Source of the DNA: Leptolyngbya sp. SOY_34_metabat_272
GTDB taxonomy: Bacteria > Cyanobacteriota > Cyanobacteriia > FACHB-261
Length of the DNA: 64,000 bases
Reading direction: 5' to 3'
Assembly (NCBI GenBank): GCA_031399305.1
Contig: JANNOU010000098.1
Span: 1,343-65,342 of the forward strand
The notes below the pieces were generated by a model. The model worked only from the letters and a program-made list of their open reading frames with translations. It had not been told where the DNA came from and searched no databases. This document shows positions 29,671 to 38,730 of the stretch, one piece after another; positions within the stretch are counted from its first letter, which is position 1; the number at the start of each line of letters is the position of its first letter. The position numbers and the translations under genes are program-made.

Positions 29671-30657
29671 TTAGCGGGCGGGCAGGATACCGTGTGCTTT
29701 GAGCAGGTCGGCCACCGAGCGGCAGTATGTGGGCAGGCCAAAAGCGGCTGGGCCAACCACCTGGTGGTTGAAGTGACGGTACTCTAGGCAAAAGTAGGCC
29801 CAGGGGCTCATGCGGACGCGAAACAGAGCGATCAGCAGGTTGATCAGCGCTGGCGTCAGATTCACCTGTAGATAGAGACGCTTCTTCAGGTAGATGCAGA
29901 TCTCTTCGACGCAGCGGTTGAACGAAATCCGGTCGCTGCCCAAGACCAGCCATTGACCATGCTGTTCGTCAGGCAAACTTAGCAGATGAGTGACGATTCG
30001 GGCTACATCGCGAGCGTGGATGAAGTGAAAGCTGGCATCGAATCTGAGAAAGCGAATCAAGCCGACCCAGCGCAGGACCCGCGCCAAGTCGGCGGAAATG
30101 TGGGAATAAGGCTTATCCCGTTCGCCACCGAACACGAGCGTGGGAAACACGGTGGTGACGCGGGAGGCAATCGGCAGCGTGAGCAATCTGGTGAGACAGG
30201 TGTATTTGGTGCGCAGATAGTCGTCGCCGATCTGCCCAGCTGCCTTCAGCAGCTGATTGTCGCGGTCAAGCAAGCTGGCAGTTGAAAAATAGATGATCTT
30301 TTGGCAGCGCTCGGGGTCGAGTAGCTCGAATAGACGCAGGGTTTTGACCACATTGATGTCGAAGACCTCCTGCGCACCTCCCCAGGCAGCGGCGGTGTGA
30401 ATCACGCAGTCGATTGTCTTCAAGAAGGGGCCAAATTCGTCAATTTGGTTCAAGTCTCCCTGCAAAACAGTGATGCCTGGGCGGGCTTCGCAATTCACTC
30501 GTAGCTTGGCCGGATCGCGCACCAGAAAGTAGACGTCATAATCTGTCTCCTGGATTAAGCTTTCGACCAGATAATGGCCAATACAGCCACTGGCTCCAGT
30601 GACAAAAACGCGCTTGGGCTCGTCGATGGGCGGGACAGTCGCGTCTCTGGCGTGCAT
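29671..30657 (-). CDS. NAD-dependent epimerase/dehydratase (extended SDR) family protein
   Basis: VFVTGASGCIGHYLVESL is a Rossmann GxxGxxG. The start lies 1 nt after the hemE stop, so co-transcription is likely. Confidence 0.8.
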   Translation of the reverse strand: MHARDATVPPIDEPKRVFVTGASGCIGHYLVESLIQETDYDVYFLVRDPAKLRVNCEARPGITVLQGDLNQIDEFGPFLKTIDCVIHTAAAWGGAQEVFDINVVKTLRLFELLDPERCQKIIYFSTASLLDRDNQLLKAAGQIGDDYLRTKYTCLTRLLTLPIASRVTTVFPTLVFGGERDKPYSHISADLARVLRWVGLIRFLRFDASFHFIHARDVARIVTHLLSLPDEQHGQWLVLGSDRISFNRCVEEICIYLKKRLYLQVNLTPALINLLIALFRVRMSPWAYFCLEYRHFNHQVVGPAAFGLPTYCRSVADLLKAHGILPAR

Positions 30658-30658
30658 C

Positions 30659-31708
30659 CTATGAGGGGACAGCGAAAAGGGGATTGGATTGCTTCACAGT
30701 CTCAAAGAAAAAAGCCACATTCTCTTCGGGCGTGGTCGGCAAAACGCCGTGGCCGAGGTTCATGATGTGCCCACGATTGCCCGCCTTGCGGATTACGTCC
30801 AGTGTCCGCTCGCGAATGAACGGTTGAGGGCCAAAGAGCACGCAGGGATCCAAGTTGCCTTGCACTGCCAGATCTCCGAGCCGTTGACGGGCCTCGGCCA
30901 TGTCTATGGTCCAGTCCACGCTGATGATGTCCACACCGGAGCGGGCCATGCGGTCTAGGATGCCCGCGCTGCCGGTGGCGAGCAAAATCAGCGGCGTGTC
31001 AGCGTGAGTGGCTTTGACCTGGCGTACGATTCGCTGCACGTAGGGCAACGCAAAAACCTCATAGTCAATCGGGGTTAGATGCCCAGCCCAGCTATCAAAA
31101 ATCTGGACGACTTGAGCGCCGCTGTCAATTTGATACTTCACGTAAATGGCGATCGCATCGGCCAACTTGCCCAGCAACTGGTGCAGCAGTTCGGGCTCGC
31201 AGAAGGCCATACCCTTAATCACGCTGTAGTCTTTTGAACTCTTGCCTTCGACCGCGTAAGCTGCCAGCGTCCAGGGTGCGCCGACAAAGCCCAACACCGT
31301 TGCCTGGCCGTCTACTTCTTTGCGCAAGGTGGAGAGGATCTGGCGAACGAACGGTAGGGAAGTTTCGGGGTCGAGCGGCGTGAGCGCCTCGATTTGCGCC
31401 TGAGTACGGATCGGGTTTTCGAAGATCGGACCCCGGCTTTCGATGATGTCGAAGGGGATGCCGATGCCCGGCAGGGGGGTAAGGATGTCAGAGAACATGA
31501 TCACGCCATCGGGCTTGAAGGCGTTGAACGGTTGTAGCGAAATTTCTACCGCTAGATCGGGGCTCTCCGAGCGCTCGCGAAACGAGGGATATTTTTGGCG
31601 TAGCTCCCGGTAAACTTTCATGAAGCGACCGGCTTGACGCATCATCCACACAGGGGGGCGGTCGAGAACTTCACCCCGAGCTGCTCGCAGAAGCCGGTCG
31701 TTCAGCAT
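30659..31708 (-). CDS. hemE: Uroporphyrinogen decarboxylase
   Basis: [31 protein letters not shown]...[14 protein letters not shown]...GAPWTLAAY. Confidence 0.95.
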   Translation of the reverse strand: MLNDRLLRAARGEVLDRPPVWMMRQAGRFMKVYRELRQKYPSFRERSESPDLAVEISLQPFNAFKPDGVIMFSDILTPLPGIGIPFDIIESRGPIFENPIRTQAQIEALTPLDPETSLPFVRQILSTLRKEVDGQATVLGFVGAPWTLAAYAVEGKSSKDYSVIKGMAFCEPELLHQLLGKLADAIAIYVKYQIDSGAQVVQIFDSWAGHLTPIDYEVFALPYVQRIVRQVKATHADTPLILLATGSAGILDRMARSGVDIISVDWTIDMAEARQRLGDLAVQGNLDPCVLFGPQPFIRERTLDVIRKAGNRGHIMNLGHGVLPTTPEENVAFFFETVKQSNPLFAVPS

Positions 31709-31843
31709 AGATCCTCAAAGTTTTGTCTTTCCTTCTCTAGGAACCCTATCAGAAAGCCGGTCTCGATCATACGGGCTGGCCAAGCTATCTGCTGGGCGCT
31801 GATTCACTTAAACTGAGGGTATCCTTGCAACCCCAGCCTGCCC

Positions 31844-32104
31844 ATGCCGCCCCGTTGGCCCCGCCAGCCCGATCTCGAAGACCCAGCCTACCGCAAGCTC
31901 GCCGATCGCCTCAATTTTGCGGTGCATGTCGCCCTGTTTGCGGCCAGCAACTCGGGGGTTTGGTTTTTCCGAAGTCTGAGCCACCGCGATTGGCCTTGGG
32001 CGGTTTGGCTATCGGGCGGCTGGGCGGTGCTGCTGTTGGGGCATGCGATCTGGCTGTTTGCCTTGGCCCGTTACGAGAACGCTAACCCTTCCTCGTCTAC
32101 CTGA
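31844..32104 (+). CDS. 2TM-domain small membrane protein
   Basis: PAYRKLADRLNFAVHVALFAASNSGVWFF...WAVWLSGGWAVLLLGHAIWLF fits the 2TM domain pattern. A competing overlapping frame (31825-32085) looks like GC-rich noise. Confidence 0.55.
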   Translation: MPPRWPRQPDLEDPAYRKLADRLNFAVHVALFAASNSGVWFFRSLSHRDWPWAVWLSGGWAVLLLGHAIWLFALARYENANPSSST

Positions 32105-32120
32105 CCGGGGGCTTTTACCC

Positions 32121-32435
32121 ATGGCTTCAAACCTTGCGCCCAAGCTGGAAGCGCTGGCCGCTGAAATCGGCGACCAAGTATATCTAGACATTGCCAAGTG
32201 GCATCTGCCACTGAATACAGCCCAACTACACAAGCCCCTGGCTGAGCAACTCTACCCGCTGATCGAGGGCGGACAGGTTCCCAGCGAAGAGCAAGTCAAC
32301 CGCATCTTGGCTCAGCTACCGGTGAAAATTGGCGGCGGACGCCACGAAGTGCCCCTACTCGATCTGCTGCCGATGCAGGGGTTGGTGACGCTCATGGACA
32401 TCCTGGAGGACTACAGTCGCAAAGACAACTGGTAA
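32121..32435 (+). CDS. DUF3181-family protein
   Basis: MASNLAPKLEALAAEIGDQVYLDIAKWHLPLNTAQLHKPLAEQL resembles the cyanobacterial DUF3181 family (from memory). I place the start at ATG 32121. Confidence 0.6.
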   Translation: MASNLAPKLEALAAEIGDQVYLDIAKWHLPLNTAQLHKPLAEQLYPLIEGGQVPSEEQVNRILAQLPVKIGGGRHEVPLLDLLPMQGLVTLMDILEDYSRKDNW

Positions 32436-32519
32436 AGCAGCAATCCGAGCAAGTTTCGGCCCGGTTTTCCGATAAGCTTCTGAAAACCTGAAAACTTAGG
32501 GGACCTGCAAGGAGGGAGC

Positions 32520-33455
32520 ATGGGGCCGAGGCCGATCATCCTGGGCATTGTCGGTGACAGCGCAGCGGGTAAAACCACGATTACCAAGGGAATCGCCCAG
32601 ATCCTCAGCGATGAGGATAATGTGACGGTGCTCTGCACGGATGACTATCACAGGTACGACCGTCAGCAGCGTCTACAGCTCAACATCTCGGCCCTGCACC
32701 CCGACTGCAACTACCTGGACATCATTGAGCAGCACCTGGCGCTGTTGCGGCAGGGTCAGCCGATCCTCAAGCCGATCTACAACCACAGTACTGGCAAATT
32801 TGACCCACCCGAGTACATCAAACCTGGACGCTTCGTGGTGGTAGAGGGGCTGTTGGGTTTCTCGACCCGCCGCGCCCGCGATTGCTTTGATGTGAAGGTT
32901 TACCTGGCCCCGCCCGAAGCGCTGCGCGCGAAGTGGAAGATCAAGCGCGACACGATCAAACGGGGCTACACGGTCGAACAGGTGCTCGACCAGCTGCGCA
33001 AGCGCGAGGAAGACTCTGAGCGGTTTATCCGTCCGCAGCGCCAGTGGGCTGATGTGGTGGTGAGCTTCTACCCGCCTGCCGACACCCAAGATGAAACGGG
33101 GGCCAAACTCAATGTGCACCTGGTTCTGCGCCCCACCCTGCCCCATCCCGATCTGACTGAGGTGCTGCGCCGTAGCGAGACGGCCAGTTCGCCACCTGCT
33201 GTGCGCCTCAGCCTAGAGCGCGACTGCAATAAGCCGGTGGATGTGCTGGAAATAGATGGGCGGGTCAATGACGTCAAAGCTCACGAGCTGATGGACTTGA
33301 TGTGCAATAGTGCGCCTCAGGGCGATAGTCTGCACTGTTTGAACCTAGGCAGTTTCACCGGCACGACTGGCGAAGAGTTGAACAGTCATCCGCTGGCCTT
33401 AACCCAGTTGCTGATCGCCCACCACCTGCTCAAGGCCGCCTACGAAGCGGGCTAA
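32520..33455 (+). CDS. Phosphoribulokinase/uridine kinase family protein (divergent PRK paralog)
   Basis: P-loop ILGIVGDSAAGKTT, then CTDDYHRYDRQQR, KPIYNHSTGKFDPPEYI and WKIKRD, collinear with PRK. Confidence 0.75.
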   Translation: MGPRPIILGIVGDSAAGKTTITKGIAQILSDEDNVTVLCTDDYHRYDRQQRLQLNISALHPDCNYLDIIEQHLALLRQGQPILKPIYNHSTGKFDPPEYIKPGRFVVVEGLLGFSTRRARDCFDVKVYLAPPEALRAKWKIKRDTIKRGYTVEQVLDQLRKREEDSERFIRPQRQWADVVVSFYPPADTQDETGAKLNVHLVLRPTLPHPDLTEVLRRSETASSPPAVRLSLERDCNKPVDVLEIDGRVNDVKAHELMDLMCNSAPQGDSLHCLNLGSFTGTTGEELNSHPLALTQLLIAHHLLKAAYEAG

Positions 33456-33639
33456 GCTCGCAAATTCTGGCATGAGCCTCGGGGTTGAGTGGCACTGAGG
33501 TAGGCCAGGCGCAGGTGTTAGAGAGAACCCGGAAATGGGGGGCGTTTGCCCCCCAAACCCCCCACTGGGGGACGAAGCGCCTCCCCCAGTCCCCCTGCGC
33601 AAGCAGTGATTGACACGCTGAGGCAGTGCTGCTTGTCTC

Positions 33640-33929
33640 GGAGGCTCGCCTGAGAGATTCTGAGACTCGCGAGCGAGTCTTGGAGACTTGCCCGAGAGAT
33701 TCCAAGACTTGAGCACGAGGTTCTAAGACTCGCCCGAGAGATTTCAAGACTCGCTCACGAGGTTCCAAGCCTCGCCTGAGAGATTTTGAGACTTGCTCAC
33801 GAGATTCCGGGCCTCGTTCGAGAGATTCTGAGACTTGCTCACGAGATTCCGGGCCTCGTTCGAGAGATTCCGAGATTCGCCCGAGAGTTCCAGAGCCTTG
33901 TGCACGGGCCTCTGAGCCTCGCGGTCTAG
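33640..33929 (+). repeat. Phased 21-bp repeat island B (about 13 units; includes a 42-bp unit duplicated at 40/42 identity)
   Basis: Units of the form tgcccgagagattccaagact alternate with tgagcacgaggttctaagact. 33794-33835 and 33836-33877 differ at 2 positions. Confidence 0.85.
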
Positions 33930-34001
33930 TCAACGGATGACGCGGGCGACCTCGACGGGCCAAACTGTTGGCGTGCCTGCTGTGTCCTCAAACCCTCTGC
34001 A

Positions 34002-34220
34002 ATGAACTCTCGAGTGCTCCAATTCATCGGGTTGCTGGCGGTGGCAGCCGTTCTGATTTACGTGGTGGCTGGCTTTACCGGCGACCTCGCCTACAGTCTG
34101 TGGTCGTCGCTCTCTAGCCTGCGATACTCGCTCTGGAGCCTGGGCCGCTCGCTCTGGAAGCTGCTGCTGATCGCCGTCATTGGCTTTGTGGCTTGGAAAG
34201 TGTTTTTCAGCCGCCGCTGA
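34002..34220 (+). CDS. Small two-TM membrane protein (hypothetical)
   Basis: 72-aa ATG ORF with two hydrophobic helices flanking a short SLWS-type repeat (AYSLWSSLSSLRYSLWSLGRSLW). Confidence 0.4.
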   Translation: MNSRVLQFIGLLAVAAVLIYVVAGFTGDLAYSLWSSLSSLRYSLWSLGRSLWKLLLIAVIGFVAWKVFFSRR

Positions 34221-34262
34221 CGCTTGAGGAATAATAGACCCTAGTGTTTGCCTGGGGATACT

Positions 34263-34769
34263 ATGCCGGGTTTCTTGCATTGGAAGCCGTTCAAATTCTG
34301 GCTTGGCCTACTGCTGGGCTGCTGTTTGGTCTTGGGGGCTGGGCTGGCTCGCGCCATCGACCCGGCCCAAGTCGACCCAGCGCTGACCACCGACTTGGTC
34401 TTGCCGCGCTACCAGTTGGGGCAGCAACTATATCTGGAGAGCTGCGGCTCTTGCCACGTAGCCCTGCCGCCCGCGATTATGCCCACCGAGACTTGGCGAA
34501 GGCTGTTGCAAGATACGCAGCACTACGGGCAGAGCATCCCGCAACTGGTCGATCCACCGCGTCAGATCATCTGGGACTACCTTCAGTCTTACTCGCGGAC
34601 CGGTTCCCAGGGTGCGCGGCTGCCCTACCGCATCGCCGAATCTCAGATCTTTAAGGGGCTCCACCCCGAGGTCCAGTTCGCGCAGCCAGTCAAAGTAGGC
34701 AGCTGCGTCGCCTGCCATCCGGGCGCAGACCGCTTCAACTTCCGCAGTCTGTCCGGCCCGGCACAGTGA
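34263..34769 (+). CDS. Dihaem cytochrome c family protein
   Basis: Signal peptide plus two CxxCH motifs (CGSCH, CVACH). ...PTETWRRLLQDTQHYGQSI... resembles the DHC family. I place the start at ATG 34263; TTG 34248 is an alternative. Confidence 0.7.
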   Translation: MPGFLHWKPFKFWLGLLLGCCLVLGAGLARAIDPAQVDPALTTDLVLPRYQLGQQLYLESCGSCHVALPPAIMPTETWRRLLQDTQHYGQSIPQLVDPPRQIIWDYLQSYSRTGSQGARLPYRIAESQIFKGLHPEVQFAQPVKVGSCVACHPGADRFNFRSLSGPAQ

Positions 34770-34874
34770 CCGCCTGCGCTCTCCAGAAGCGGCTCGCAGC
34801 CTGCGGATGATAGCATTGTGACAGTCCCTCACCCACACCTCACCATTTCAGGTGGGCTCTTCTCAGGCATTACT

Positions 34875-37679
34875 ATGTGGAATCCGCTGGGCGACCCCAA
34901 CAGGCGCAAGCTCAAGAAGTATCAGCCCGACGTAGTCGAGATCAGCCTCCTAGAGGAGGAGATCAAGAAGCTGTCGGATACCGAACTTCGGGCGAAAACC
35001 GCAGAGTTTCAACAGCGCCACAAAAAGGGTGAGAGCCTCGATGAGCTGCTGCCCGAAGCCTTCGCCGTCGTGCGCGAGGCAGCTAGCCGCGTGCTGGGCA
35101 TGCGTCACTATGACGTGCAGATGATCGGCGGCATGGTCCTGCACGATGGCCAGATCGCCGAGATGAAAACTGGTGAGGGCAAGACCCTGGTCTCCACCCT
35201 GCCTGCCTATCTCAACGCGCTCTCCGGCAAGGGCGTGCACATCGTGACCGTGAACGACTATCTAGCCCGCCGCGACGCCGAATGGATGGGCCAGGTGCAC
35301 CGCTTCTTGGGCCTGAGCGTGGGTCTGATCCAGCAGGGTATGCCGCCCGCCGAGCGCCAACAGAACTACGCCTGCGACGTGGTCTACGCCACCAACAGCG
35401 AGCTGGGTTTCGACTACCTGCGCGACAACATGGCGACCTCAATGGAAGAGGTGGTGCAAACCCCCTTTAACTTCTGCATTATCGACGAGGTCGATTCGGT
35501 TCTGATCGACGAAGCCCGCACTCCCCTGATCATCTCCGGTCAGGTCGAGCGCCCCACCGAGAAGTATCTCAAGGCCTCTGAAGTCGCCCTACAGCTGCGG
35601 CGGGGCAAAGAAGGCGAAAACGAAGAGGGCAGCTACGACTACGAAGTCGATGAAAAAGCCCGCAACGTACTGCTCACCGACGAAGGCTTCGAGCGCAGCG
35701 AGCAGCTGCTGCACGTCACCGACCTGTTCGACCCCAACGACCCCTGGGCGCACTACATCTTCAACGCGCTCAAAGCCAAGGAGCTGTTCATCCTGGACCG
35801 AAGCTATATCGTGCGCGGTGGCGAAGTGGTGATTGTCGATGAGTTCACGGGCCGGGTGATGCCAGGGCGGCGCTGGAGCGACGGGCTGCATCAGGCCATC
35901 GAAGCCAAAGAGCGGGTCGAGATCCAGAACGAGACCCAGACCCTGGCGACGATCACCTACCAGAACTTTTTCTTGCTCTATCCCAAGCTGGCGGGCATGA
36001 CCGGCACCGCCAAAACTGAAGAGGCAGAATTCGAGCGCATCTACAAGCTCGAAGTCACGGTGATCCCCACCAACATGACCACCGGGCGCAAAGACGTCTC
36101 GGACGTGGTCTACAAAACCGAAGAGGCCAAGTGGAGCGCCGTGGCCGAAGAGTGCGTCGAGATGCACCAGGTCGGACGTCCGGTGCTGGTGGGCACCACC
36201 AGCGTCGAGAAGTCGGAGTATCTCTCACGCCTGCTGCAAGCTCGCAGCATTCCGCACAACCTGCTCAACGCCAAGCCCGAGAACGTGGAACGCGAATCGG
36301 AGATTGTGGCGCAGGCCGGGCGCAAGGGCACCGTGACCATCGCCACCAACATGGCCGGGCGCGGCACCGACATCATCCTGGGTGGCAACGCCGACTACAT
36401 GGCACGGCTAAAAGTGCGCGAGTACCTCATGCCCAAGCTGGTGCGCCCGGACGACGACGACCCGATGTCGTTTGTGCGCTCCAACCCTAGCGGCGGCGGT
36501 CAGGGCTTTGTGCCCGGACGCAAGGTCAAGACCTGGCGCGCCTCGCCCAACATCTTCCCCACTCAGCTCTCTGGCGCTGCCGAAAAGCTGCTTAAAGAAG
36601 CCGTAGACTTCGCAGTCAAGGAGCGGGGCGAGCAGAGCCTACCAGAGCTGCAAGCCGAAGAACTGGTGGCTGTCGCCTCTGAGAAAGCGCCGACCCAGGA
36701 CGCAGTGATCTTGCGCCTACGCGAAGCCTACAACCGCATCAAGCAGGAGTACGAGGCCTTCACTAGCCGCGAACACGACGAGGTCGTGGCTCTGGGCGGT
36801 CTGCACGTAATCGGCACCGAGCGCCACGAATCGCGGCGGATCGACAACCAGCTGCGAGGCCGCTCCGGACGCCAGGGCGACCCCGGCACCACTAAGTTCT
36901 TCCTCAGCCTGCAGGACAACCTGCTGCGCATCTTCGGCGGCGACCGCGTTGCGGGCATGATGGACGCCTTCCGCGTCGAGGAGGATATGCCAATTGAATC
37001 GGGGCTACTGACCCGTAGCCTGGAAGGAGCCCAAAAGAAAGTCGAGGTCTACTACTACGACATCCGCAAGCAGGTGTTTGAGTACGACGAGGTGATGAAC
37101 AACCAGCGCCGCGCCATCTACTCCGAGCGCCGCCGCGTGCTGGAGCTGCAAGACCTTAAGTACCGGGTGATTGAGTACGCCGAAAAGACCATGGACGACA
37201 TCATGGAGGCGTACATCAACCCCGACCTACCGCCCGAAGAGTGGGAACTCGAGAAGCTAGTCAACAAGGTCAAGGAATTCGTCTATCTGCTGGGTGACCT
37301 AGAGCCAGATCAGCTGCGCGACATGGCGGTCAGCGAGCTGCAGGCTTTCTTGCACGAGCAGGTGCGCATCGCCTACGAGGCCAAGGAAGCCCAGATCGAC
37401 ACCATTCAGCCCGGCCTGATGCGCCAGGCGGAGCGCTTCTTCATTCTGCAGCAGATCGACACGCTCTGGCGGGAGCACCTGCAAGCCATGGACGCCCTGC
37501 GCGACTCAGTAGGCCTGCGCGGCTACGGCCAAAAGGACCCGCTGATCGAGTACAAGAGCGAGGGCTACGAGCTGTTCCTAGACATGATGGTTGATATCCG
37601 GCGCAACGTTGTCTACTCGCTGTTCCAGTTCCAGCCCCAAATGCCCGCAGCAGCCCGCACGGTCTCAGAAACGGTCTAA
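34875..37679 (+). CDS. secA: Preprotein translocase ATPase SecA
   Basis: [13 protein letters not shown]...[31 protein letters not shown]...[19 protein letters not shown]...[11 protein letters not shown] place the start at ATG 34875. Confidence 0.96.
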   Translation: MWNPLGDPNRRKLKKYQPDVVEISLLEEEIKKLSDTELRAKTAEFQQRHKKGESLDELLPEAFAVVREAASRVLGMRHYDVQMIGGMVLHDGQIAEMKTGEGKTLVSTLPAYLNALSGKGVHIVTVNDYLARRDAEWMGQVHRFLGLSVGLIQQGMPPAERQQNYACDVVYATNSELGFDYLRDNMATSMEEVVQTPFNFCIIDEVDSVLIDEARTPLIISGQVERPTEKYLKASEVALQLRRGKEGENEEGSYDYEVDEKARNVLLTDEGFERSEQLLHVTDLFDPNDPWAHYIFNALKAKELFILDRSYIVRGGEVVIVDEFTGRVMPGRRWSDGLHQAIEAKERVEIQNETQTLATITYQNFFLLYPKLAGMTGTAKTEEAEFERIYKLEVTVIPTNMTTGRKDVSDVVYKTEEAKWSAVAEECVEMHQVGRPVLVGTTSVEKSEYLSRLLQARSIPHNLLNAKPENVERESEIVAQAGRKGTVTIATNMAGRGTDIILGGNADYMARLKVREYLMPKLVRPDDDDPMSFVRSNPSGGGQGFVPGRKVKTWRASPNIFPTQLSGAAEKLLKEAVDFAVKERGEQSLPELQAEELVAVASEKAPTQDAVILRLREAYNRIKQEYEAFTSREHDEVVALGGLHVIGTERHESRRIDNQLRGRSGRQGDPGTTKFFLSLQDNLLRIFGGDRVAGMMDAFRVEEDMPIESGLLTRSLEGAQKKVEVYYYDIRKQVFEYDEVMNNQRRAIYSERRRVLELQDLKYRVIEYAEKTMDDIMEAYINPDLPPEEWELEKLVNKVKEFVYLLGDLEPDQLRDMAVSELQAFLHEQVRIAYEAKEAQIDTIQPGLMRQAERFFILQQIDTLWREHLQAMDALRDSVGLRGYGQKDPLIEYKSEGYELFLDMMVDIRRNVVYSLFQFQPQMPAAARTVSETV

Positions 37680-37719
37680 GTTAGGCCCAACTAACTCTAA
37701 GTAAGCAGCGACAGCAAAA

Positions 37720-37750
37720 GCCCCTGCGAGCTAGGTGTCAGAGCAGGGGC
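37720..37750 (+). terminator. Stem-loop downstream of secA (possible terminator)
   Basis: The stem is GCCCCTGC (37720-37727) paired with GCAGGGGC (37743-37750), with a 15-nt loop, 41 nt after the stop. There is no U-tract. Confidence 0.35.
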
Positions 37751-38130
37751 ACTGAGATGGCTGGCGTTCGACAGCCAAACCTGCAGACGAAGAGCTCACA
37801 GGCAACTGTGTGAGGACTGGAGTCAGCCGTCCATCTCTCGTGTCACGCCACGCATAAGCTACATGTGAAGCAGAGATTAGATTTTCTTCAGACAGCGCAA
37901 TCGAGCCCAGGAATCACCTAGGTGGATGAGCTTGATGAGTGAAGCCAAGCTGCTGTCTTTCAACCTAACTTGAAAGAGGTCTGTCCAGAAATTCATAGAC
38001 TGATTTTCCTAACTTGGAACTTAGCTTACCGTTAAAGACGATTACAATCCACGTGTATAAACTCTATTGTATGAATTAAGCGGTTTTATTTGCATCCCGT
38101 CAGTCTTACTCAGCACTCAAGGTAAAGATC

Positions 38131-38640
38131 ATGAAACTTGGTATACTTGTGACGACAGCAGTACTGTTAAGCAGCAGCATTGCAGCAGCCCCCGCCAGCG
38201 CAGCTCCCCATCGTGCCGCAGTTTTGGTCTCTGGACAAGGCCTGACTCTAGAGGCGCTGTTACCCACCAAACAGCTGTTAAGCCGCAGAGACTTTGAGTC
38301 TGTTCGGCGGATTGCGGTGCGCATGGAGCGCAACGCCAATTACTTTCGCCAGAGCCTAGATGCCGCACTGGATAGCGGCCGCCTGAATGGCTCTGGTCGC
38401 GAAGACCGCATTAATTTAGTCGTGCGAGACTTCGAGCAGTCCACTAACCGTCTGCGCTCTCGTCTGGCGCAACGGCTGCCCATCGATCTGGAACTTCAGG
38501 AGGTAATCAGTCGCGGTGAGCGCATTGATGGCTTTATGCGGCGTCAGCGTCTGGGTCTAGAGGCTGAACAAGACTGGGCGCTATTGCGCCAAGATCTCAG
38601 AGACTTAGCCAGCATTGCTGATTATAGGGCCAGGTTCTAA
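38131..38640 (+). CDS. Hypothetical secreted protein
   Basis: 169-aa ORF with a clear signal peptide (MKLGILVTTAVLLSSSIAAAPASA) and a helical remainder. I recognise no family. Confidence 0.55.
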   Translation: MKLGILVTTAVLLSSSIAAAPASAAPHRAAVLVSGQGLTLEALLPTKQLLSRRDFESVRRIAVRMERNANYFRQSLDAALDSGRLNGSGREDRINLVVRDFEQSTNRLRSRLAQRLPIDLELQEVISRGERIDGFMRRQRLGLEAEQDWALLRQDLRDLASIADYRARF

Positions 38641-38730
38641 GCGCCTGAAGCCATGCCCCCTAGGCCTCCGCAGGACTCGGGAGGTTCGGAGGGCTTGGTG
38701 CAAGATCTCAGTTCGCGCCTAGGCCTAGGC

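Noticed and set aside
33430-33963. 177-aa minus-strand ORF (SESLERGPESREQV... repeats), and 105-aa ORF 33399-33716
   Set aside because: Both are open only because they traverse a 21-bp (7-codon) periodic array, and several frames are open at once. They are low-complexity, with no RBS or recognisable domain. I keep this as a caveat in the island B finding rather than calling a CDS.
35589-36167. 192-aa minus-strand ORF
   Set aside because: It is an antisense shadow inside secA with no motifs.
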